Assembly (NCBI GenBank): GCA_951406725.2
Contig: OX597816.1
Location: 91,946,001 to 92,010,000, forward strand
Source of the DNA: Octopus vulgaris
Lineage: Eukaryota
DNA: 64,000 bases
Direction of reading: 5' to 3'
A program made the translations under genes and the position numbers. Within the stretch, counting starts at the first letter, position 1. Every line of letters begins with the position of its first letter. Under the pieces are notes generated by a model that made no database searches, was not told the origin of the DNA, and worked only from the letters and a program-made list of their open reading frames with translations. Below, one piece after another: positions 55,191-64,000 of the stretch.

Positions 55191-56833
55191 TTTACCAATG
55201 TAATGCTCATGTATTTTTCAAGCATTAGCAAGGTTTACATTTCACGTACATCGCCACACAAATATCTACATTTTATTATCATTGGCATCAATCAAGGACA
55301 TATTTGTTACATTTCTAATCAGATTACGTATTTCAGGTCCTCAGTTGCTGATTGAAGAGTCAACTTAGAAAGTCTCTATGCGACCAGTTAAGTAAGCTGT
55401 TACGAATAGTAGCCAAGGAATCCTAAAAATCATACCTTATTGCCTTAAAAAGGAAGGATGTATTTAATAAGGTAGTCTTAGCAACAGTTTGCTTGAATTA
55501 AAGGAGGAATAATCACAGCTGAAACGATTAGGATTGGCCTTGGACTACACAGGTTACCAGTAAAACATTATAAACTTCACATAATCTCTCTTTTCAAAAT
55601 CCTTTGTGGCCAATTAAATTAGCACTTGTAAAACCAGTTGTTTATATACCTAGAAATCTGATGTCCTTTATCGAAGCGGTACAGTTAATAAGAGAAGACA
55701 ATAATTAGTATACAAATGAATGAGAATCATAACAGATGCTAGGAGTCTGAGAGGAGGTCTCTCTTTCTCTCTCACTGTGATCTGTGTATATATATATATA
55801 TATATATATTTAACGGTGGTTTATGTTGAAGATTCTTCAATTATCCAGAAAACTTTGATTCTCTAGACAGCAATTAATTTCTGATTAAGCTAGGAATTTT
55901 CTTAGATCATATAAGAAGAGATTAAATCTGAAGACAAAAGACACAACAAATTAGAAGCCTTCGTTATTGGCTTTGTCTCCTGCTCTTATATCTGAGTCAT
56001 TATTTACATTTGATATATTCATATTTATCATTTAACTATTCACACATTTAGAACGGAATTAATTGCGCTAGCTATCATCATTTACTTTCTTAAAAATAGC
56101 TTGTTTTCGACATTCTGACTTTACTTACAACTTATCCTCATCCAGCAGGATCACATTTTTAAATCTCCAAGATTAACCACTTTGTCCCAACAACTGGATA
56201 TTTTCATGGAGCTTTTATTCACATTTAGACAAAATAAATTATTTCTTTTCCTAGATCCTACCCATTTTATCTTTTGTTTTTAAATAGTAAATTGTTCTAG
56301 AGGTTGTTTGTTTCAACGTAGCACTTCAAATTTTCAAGAAGAAATGAATAAGTTTCTAATTTAGGCACAAAGCCAGTTATTGGTTTGTGATTTAGACACT
56401 AAAGCAATTTTGTGGAAGCGGAATTAGTCGATGCCTTCGACTCTCGTATTAGACTGGCACTTCTTTGATCGACTCTTAGAAAGAAATGATGATGGTCATA
56501 TCGCAAAAAATGTAGTATGTAGCTAGGTTTTGCGTAACGTCTGTAGTGGTGTCATTTCTAACCTCTTTCGAATATTTATTTTCTATATAAACTAATTATG
56601 AGAGATATAAATAACGTGTAAAAAATTGGTATCCTAAATTATAAATAATAAATATTTGTTTATCCTTAATAATGTAAAGATTTCTTGACTTGCTATATAT
56701 TAACGAATGAGCTAACTTATCCACTTGAAAGTAAACACGATAGTATGAACGTTATTCAACATCTAGTAGCGTAATTAAATTTAATGGGTTGCAACGCTCA
56801 GCTCGACTGATAGTTATCTTTAGAGTGCTGGGC

Positions 56834-56902
<69 letters not shown>

Positions 56903-59851
56903 AAGCTACATAATATCAAGATCCTCCTGGTTAGAATCTTAATTCTGTCGGTTACACCTCCATATGTATTGTTTTAGAAAAATAAATTTCTACAGATTTG
57001 GCCTTTATTATCGTCTTTCACCGAAGCATTTCTTTTATCTCTCTTTTAGCAATTTCCGTTATCTCCTTAATATTTCTATCGCGTTGTACTTTCTATGTTT
57101 TGAAGAAAAACCTTGCCATAATAAACTTGTATCTTCATTTCTTAAACCTAAATACATAAGAAACATCTGTCTTTTCTCATCCCATCAGATTCATTGTTTT
57201 CCATTTCAAGATTATGTACTTTGCACAGTTTTACATTCTTCTTTCTTAGAGTTGTATCTATCTGGATTTACCTTATCTATCTTTTTCCTGCAACCATTAA
57301 CCAGCAACGAACCCTATTAAGCATATAAATGACATCTGTTTTTTCCCTATCCCGACGGTTTAATGTACTCTTCACTACATATGAACCTACAAAAGCAGCA
57401 TGATTAGCGCGTGCATATGTGTGAGTGTGTGTGTGTATATGTTGCGAGTGTGTGAGGTAGCGCGTGCGTCTGTGCGTGAATGTGGTTTATTTGTGTTGCA
57501 GAATTTCTCCATGAGTGTGTATTATTTGTATGTCATATGACAGTAAATCATTCGCCCTCGAATCATTGCATTATGACTATTAGTAAACAAGTTTTATATT
57601 TTCATCTCCAAATGAAATTCGAATAAAGAAGGGGATTAGTTCTTCCCAGAACTCAATTTCAACTGTTTGGAAACGTTTTGAACACATCGTGTCGCTGAGT
57701 TTAGTAGTAAAAATACTGTAGCCAATATCTCCGTGTTTTATATCAATGATTGGTATTGGTGAAACTAATAAGAAAACCTATCACTGCATAACCAGAGTAA
57801 AGAAACTTATGAAGCAAACAAGCAAAACAGGGAAAAATGGAAACGAAGCCAGTCATTAATCTGAAAGTAGCTTTTCTAATAACTTTAGAGTTGTAACTAC
57901 GCAGTAATAGGATCACAGTTGTGTTGAAGTGGTGCATTTAGTGTGTAATCAACCATGAAAGCCATCAATATCACTTAAAAGATTTCCTGCAGTTACTGAA
58001 AGCATCAGCTTTCTAGAAGCTGAAGAATACAAGTATAGCTTTAAATCAATGTGTTTTGAAAGTGATTTATCAACTCATTGACCTTTAACATTCGATAGGA
58101 TTTTGACTAAGGAAAGCAATATGATTTATTAAATAACTTTTCTTGTCAGCTCTGTAGTAATATTTTTGTTAAGCCTTTTAATGGAAACTCTTCTTGCTAA
58201 TCTGTTATAAGAAATATATGAAGAAATCCTCTTGTCATTGAATCAAAGATTCGATTGAAATCGTTGTATATTATCATCACAGAGAAGATATGTTGTAGCT
58301 TTGATCGAAACTTCTCTGATATTTCAACATATATCTTCAAACTCTTTGTCTGTTGTTGTTCCTAATATTTATTATTCGTTGCTACAGTGATGGGACTCGC
58401 TCTAAATTCCTTAAGAAACAGATACATGGAATTAGGTGTAAGATAAGTCAGTGAAGAATATTTTAAAACAGTGAAGTTTAGTTACTGATAATGGTATACA
58501 AAGGGACTATGAACATTCGAGTGTTCAAGTTTAGAAAGAAGATACAAAAAGAAGGAACCATTTTTCATTTACGAAAGATCATATTCTAAAGAACACGAAA
58601 AATATTTGGGTTGGCATGAAATAGCAAAGGCTAGTTCACAGAATTGGCTGTTTAGAATAATTGTGTTGAAAGTAGTTAAAATATATTAGTTTTTGAGAAT
58701 CAGGCGGTTATCAACATGGATTTGTTACTCATTAATAAATATGCAAGGGAACTCTAAATTCAAAGAATATATATTCCTCTCTTAGACAGGTGTATAATCT
58801 AAGACTTCGTGATAATCATCGTTTAACTATGCGCTTTTCTCCTATCTCTTATCCCTGTAACTACATTCATATTGCTCCACTTTTATCTCTGGAAGTATTA
58901 ATTTCATTTGTCACTGAAAGTAACTAGAAGCAGGTGTAATTACTGAGATAGAAAAGACTTATAAGATCAAATATAATAACAGGGGCTTCAGTTCAATAAG
59001 AAACGAAACAATGTATATTTGGAAGCACATGAAACGTATTATTTGGACGGACTCATCGTTTGATAAGCTTTGATAAACTGAAGCAATAGATGTTGGGATT
59101 GGTTCTTTGAGAATATCCTTCGCTAATGTCTTTATTTAATTGTTATTCGTTGAAAGCCCCAGTTAAAAGTAAAACCTCTTATATACTTAATTCAACAAAA
59201 TGAGAAGTTTTAAAAGACGATAACATTAATGATGCTTTAGCTGTTTCAATGCAGCGCTGTTACTTACTAAACTTCAGTGTTTCAAAATATCATTACCGAT
59301 TTATCACACATGAAATTTGTCAAATATCTGTTTACCGTAATATATGAAATACTACATATATTTTTGTTGCAACTTAGACCCTCCTTCAAAAAAAAATACA
59401 AAAAAAAGAGAAAAAAATACAAACAAAAAATGAAAACAAAAGGAAACAAAATAAAAAAAAAACAAAACAAAATCCTTACAGAGATGAATGCAAAAGACAG
59501 CTTGTTATAGGCTTTTCTTTGGGGATCGTATTTACGAATTACAGTTTACTAACTAATTGGATGAACATTACATTTCTCACTTTCTCTTGTAATACTAACG
59601 GTTTCATTATTAATTTTATAATATGAAGACAGTTCATCATTATTGCATGCTTTCCCATTGATATTACTATAGAAAGCTGCTTGAGTTGAATCATAAAGTT
59701 AATTGTTCCGAAAAACTAACGATCATCTGAAAGCGACTTGGCCGGTTTATTTTCTTACATTTAAAAAAAGAAAATAATTATGCCGAATACAGATTAATAA
59801 ATATCCGCAATTTCGACTTATTTTCTGACAAAAGAAACTCAATTTACTCAC

Positions 59852-59945
59852 ATCTTTGATAATCGAAATACAAAAATTGTTTGATAACCGAAGCGTAATG
59901 ATTCTTCTGTCAATTAAAGCATGCCGACCCTCTTTTAAATTTATA
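59852..59945 (-). promoter_or_regulatory. Candidate TATA + initiator + short non-coding first exon
   Basis: TATAAAT starting at 59945; TTA(+1)ATT 30 nt downstream at 59915; GTGAGT donor at 59851; lies in a repeat-poor region. Motif-only evidence in AT-rich DNA. Confidence 0.25.
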
Positions 59946-60196
59946 CTCTAACTTGTTATTGATTGCATCCAAAGTTAGATCAATTCTAGTTTGAATGTTA
60001 CAAACATCCATTCTATGCCTTCTTATCGATCCAATCAATCTGTGAGATTAGAGGCATAGTTTCTATTTCCGTTAACACAAACAGGAAGACAACGTACGTT
60101 GCTTTAACAATTTAAGTTCCACTGATATCAAGACCACTATATAACTATCACTACCACACTCTGTTTGTCTGTCTTTCTGTCTGTCTGTCTGTCTGC

Positions 60197-60275
<79 letters not shown>

Positions 60276-60757
60276 ACTCTCTCTCTCACTCACTCTCCAC
60301 CCCCCTCTCTATCTATCTATCTATCTATAATCGTATCTAGTCATAGATAGAAAGATTGAGGGATACATAAACAGAAGGAAAGACAGAAACGTATACACAG
60401 AGAGAGATACACATACATTCACATAGAGACGTACTGGCCGAATAGTTGATAAGTTTGTTTCGCAATTATGAGGCTCTGGTGGCGTGGCAAATTGAGCAAG
60501 AGTCTTTAACCTCGCGTTGAGTCGACCCAAGTCTGTGTGGAAGTTCATTGGATGGATTGTACATGTTATCAAAGGGACAGCCTTGTTACATGTTAACGCA
60601 TTGATTCGCTTTCGAATTACATTAAGGAACATTCAACCACATACAAGTTAAATTCAATCTGAAGGCCGTTTTCTTTAATTCAGCAATGGAAAGAACCATC
60701 AACCAAACCGATAGAGATCCATTTCCATACATGCGCGAGAGTGTGAATCATGTGTGT

Positions 60758-60796
<39 letters not shown>

Positions 60797-61164
60797 CGTG
60801 CGTGTGTATGTGTGTGATAGTGCGTGTATACTTACATACATGCGTACATACAAAGATACGCATATACACACATAGTTCAGCTCATAAAATTTCGTTGTTT
60901 AGAGAGTCGTATGTCTAGAGGCTCTTTAACGAATCCTCAGATTAATCATCAGCCGTGACTCTAGTACGACTTTTCCCAGTCGAATCCATTGCTGCTGTAG
61001 CAATTTATTTACAATTTCGCATTCTGGTACATGATGATTTTAAAAAACTTGTTTACTATTTACATCTATAAACATGTACGCACATACATGTACCTGCATA
61101 TACACATGCATATACGCACATACAATCACGCTTATGTATGTGTACTCGTACAATCAAACACATA

Positions 61165-61645
61165 CAGTGATCCCTCGCTACTTTGCGGTTCAACTATCGC
61201 GGATTCATGACTTCGCGGATTTTTAATATATATATATTTTTCATTAAATCCATTAAACTATTAATAATAAATATTATTTCCTAGTTTAGGAACAACAAAA
61301 CAAGCGTAAAATAGCAAAAAAGCATATACAGGGGTATTTGAACTTAAGACGGGCTGTGATTGGTGCAATAAGGATAGACGACAAATCACAGCTTTCTATT
61401 TTGTAATCTGGCCTGTGTAACAGTAACAATCTTTTTTTTTTTAATCTAAAGTGTTATTGCTTAACAGTTGTCCTTGTTATTAATAGACTACAGTAATGGG
61501 TGGGTTGTTAACAGTACAGGGAGAGTTTTAAAAGTCCAAATACACGTTAAATAAATACTGTAAATATGGTGTCCCTACTTCGCGGAAATTCAGTTATTGC
61601 GGCCGGTTTTGGAACCAATCTACCGCGATAAACGAGGGATCACTG
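61165..61645. mobile_element. Tigger/pogo-type MITE
   Basis: TA|cagtgatccctcgct...gcgg and ccgcgataaacgagggatcactg|TA; TA duplication. Confidence 0.9.
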
Positions 61646-62194
61646 TAAACAATTACGAACACATGAATATAAGCTAGTATTCAATACTATGTGAATTGTC
61701 AAGCATATTTACGCTTTCAATATGTTAGTATGTAGCATATTTCCAGGTGCACATATACATAAATGCATTCATTTTTATAAACATGCGATACATTTACACA
61801 AATACATACATTATTACGCACATGTGCACACACATATATGCATATTCATGTATGTATACTGACAGACAGAGTAATACATACGCACACGCAAACACACATA
61901 CACGAGCACATACATGTGTGTCAATCTAATTCTAACATTGTCCAATTTCCACATTTGTTTTAATTTTTTTTTTACATTAATACAAAAATAAAATGTGAAA
62001 ATCGGATTATGTTGGAATTTGATTGACTAAATATGTTTATCTATACACTATTTTATAAATCCTGAACTTTGTCACTGTTTGTCTGTCTGTTCTTCTTTCA
62101 CCCACTTTCTCTCTCTATATATGTGTATAAACATATGTATATGAACTTATAGTCATGTGCACGTATATGTAGGCACATGCAGATATACATGAGT

Positions 62195-62240
<46 letters not shown>

Positions 62241-63461
62241 ACATATATATGTATATATATACAGAGAAAGAGAGAGAGAGAGATTGAGAGAGAGAGGAAG
62301 AGGGAGAGAGAAGTAGATACATATATGTATAAATGTGGAAATACACACACACACACACACACACACATCTATGCTTCAGACAGATTTCGATCAGGTGATC
62401 TCTGTAGAAAGAGAGAATTCAATAATGCAAAGAGATTAAGAATACTTAGTTTATTATCTTCTTACAACATGGCCAGATGTTACGACTCTCGTCTCATCAA
62501 GGAAGACTAATAAAAATGTTTGCCTGGTTTTCTCCGAGAAGTATATGTGTAAATACACTCACTCGTACATACATACCCAACGTGTGTGTATATACATAAT
62601 ACATATATATATACATACATACACACACGCATACAAAAATATAGTATACGTACATTCATAACATACACACACATACATATTCATATACTCGCATGTGTGA
62701 ATGTACGTGTGTATATTTGTAAATGTGCTAAAAATCAAAACAACGTTAGCATCGAGAATACAAAAATATAAAGATACCGTTACAGTATAAATGGATACGA
62801 ATACGAGATGTTAGCCTCTTTTATACTACATTCCCTTTTGATGACTGCTCCAAATAACTCTCAACGATATGAATATTTAAGCTGAGCTACAAGCAACACA
62901 TTAAGTATTTTACCTACTCAGGAAATGAGATTCCTGTAATTTTATTCGTAGTTTCGCCTTGTAAATAAATTTTGTACGCACAAACGCGTACACACATAAT
63001 ATAATACATACATGCGTACAAACATGCACACACACACACGCAGACAGACACACATATATTATTCTTTAACAAATATAGTTTGACAGTAAGTTCGAAGGTT
63101 TTTATTACTAAAATAAGTACTAACTGAACACTTGGGTCGATGCAATCGATTCAGCCCTCCCGAAATTGCTGGCCTTGTTTCAAAATTTGAAACAATTAAA
63201 AGATAATATAAAGACAAACATTAATGCACACACACACACACACACACACACACGCAAACATACACGTATTTGCAGTTATACATACATTTATAAACATACA
63301 TATATATGTAAAGATAAGTATATATAATGTAGATATGTATATTTATTTATCTATGTCTTTCTCTATATATAATCTATGTGTATATATACATACACATATA
63401 TGCACGTATAACTGTATGTATATAAATGCATAAACCTAGGCAAACACATAAATATATATAT

Positions 63462-63503
<42 letters not shown>

Positions 63504-63742
63504 AGGCACATATATTCTTGAGAAGTTGGCTATTTCAAAACAAAAATCGAAAATTTTTCCCCCTTCCTACTGAAAATATTCTTGAAAATTTTAAGATGGA
63601 CAAAACTGAACACTATAATTCATTTAGTTTCTATCTTTTCTGCTACCTCACCCCATGCCGCACAAGAAATCTGATCTAAATAGTAACCAAAATATTTCTA
63701 ACAAAAACTCTGTTTTATGGATTAGTATTTTAAATAGTATAC

Positions 63743-64000
63743 AAGGCGCGAGCTGGCAGAATCGTTAGCACGCCGACCAAAGTGCTTAGCGGCATTTCAT
63801 CTGTCTTTATGTTCTGAGTTCAACTTTCATCCCACTCAAGGTTGATAAAGTAAGTACCTATTTATCTCTTGGGTCAGTGTAATTCGACTTAGCCCCTACC
63901 TCGAAATTGCTGGCTTTGTTCCAAAATTTGAAATCGATTGCGTGGAACCTTGGGCAAGTGTCTTCTACTATAGCGTTGGGCCGACCAAAGCCTTGTGAGT
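63743..64000 (+). mobile_element. Family A SINE followed by a family B fragment
   Basis: aaggcgcgagctggcagaatcgttagc...; accttgggcaagtgtcttctactatagc at 63947 onward. Confidence 0.82.

Noticed and set aside
59265-59385. Alternative 5' UTR exon (poly-T, gaAG ... GTAAGT on the minus strand)
   Set aside because: Weaker AAG acceptor (not YAG) and motif-only evidence; cannot be distinguished from chance.

Overview
AT-rich, microsatellite-saturated eukaryotic DNA; the SINE families and repeat landscape point to an octopus/cephalopod genome (inference). The only host gene I can support is a minus-strand acetylcholinesterase-family gene. It has a 1,580-nt exon (50520-48941) carrying the start codon, signal peptide and complete Ser/Glu/His triad, a 33.9-kb GT-AG intron, and a 182-nt exon (14999-14818) ending at the conserved site where cholinesterases splice alternative C-termini. 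No T-peptide or GPI-signal exon was found in the window. The two visible endings (read-through ...AATCE*, or a nearby acceptor giving ...AATCPFKEIH*) would both give a short, anchorless, Cys-bearing tail, and the catalytic domain carries several non-canonical substitutions. Everything else is mobile-element debris: tRNA-derived SINEs (some with clean TSDs), R4/Dong-like, RTE, CR1/L2-like and Penelope remnants, DD37D (maT) mariners, a MULE remnant, MITEs, a probable Helitron, two minimal hammerhead-ribozyme motifs, and many fold-back structures inside the introns. Almost all other ORFs in the track are microsatellite artefacts. I found no clear-cut new multi-gene system; the best leads are the anchorless divergent cholinesterase, the ribozyme-bearing microsatellite-linked elements and the hairpins welded to (TA)n tracts.
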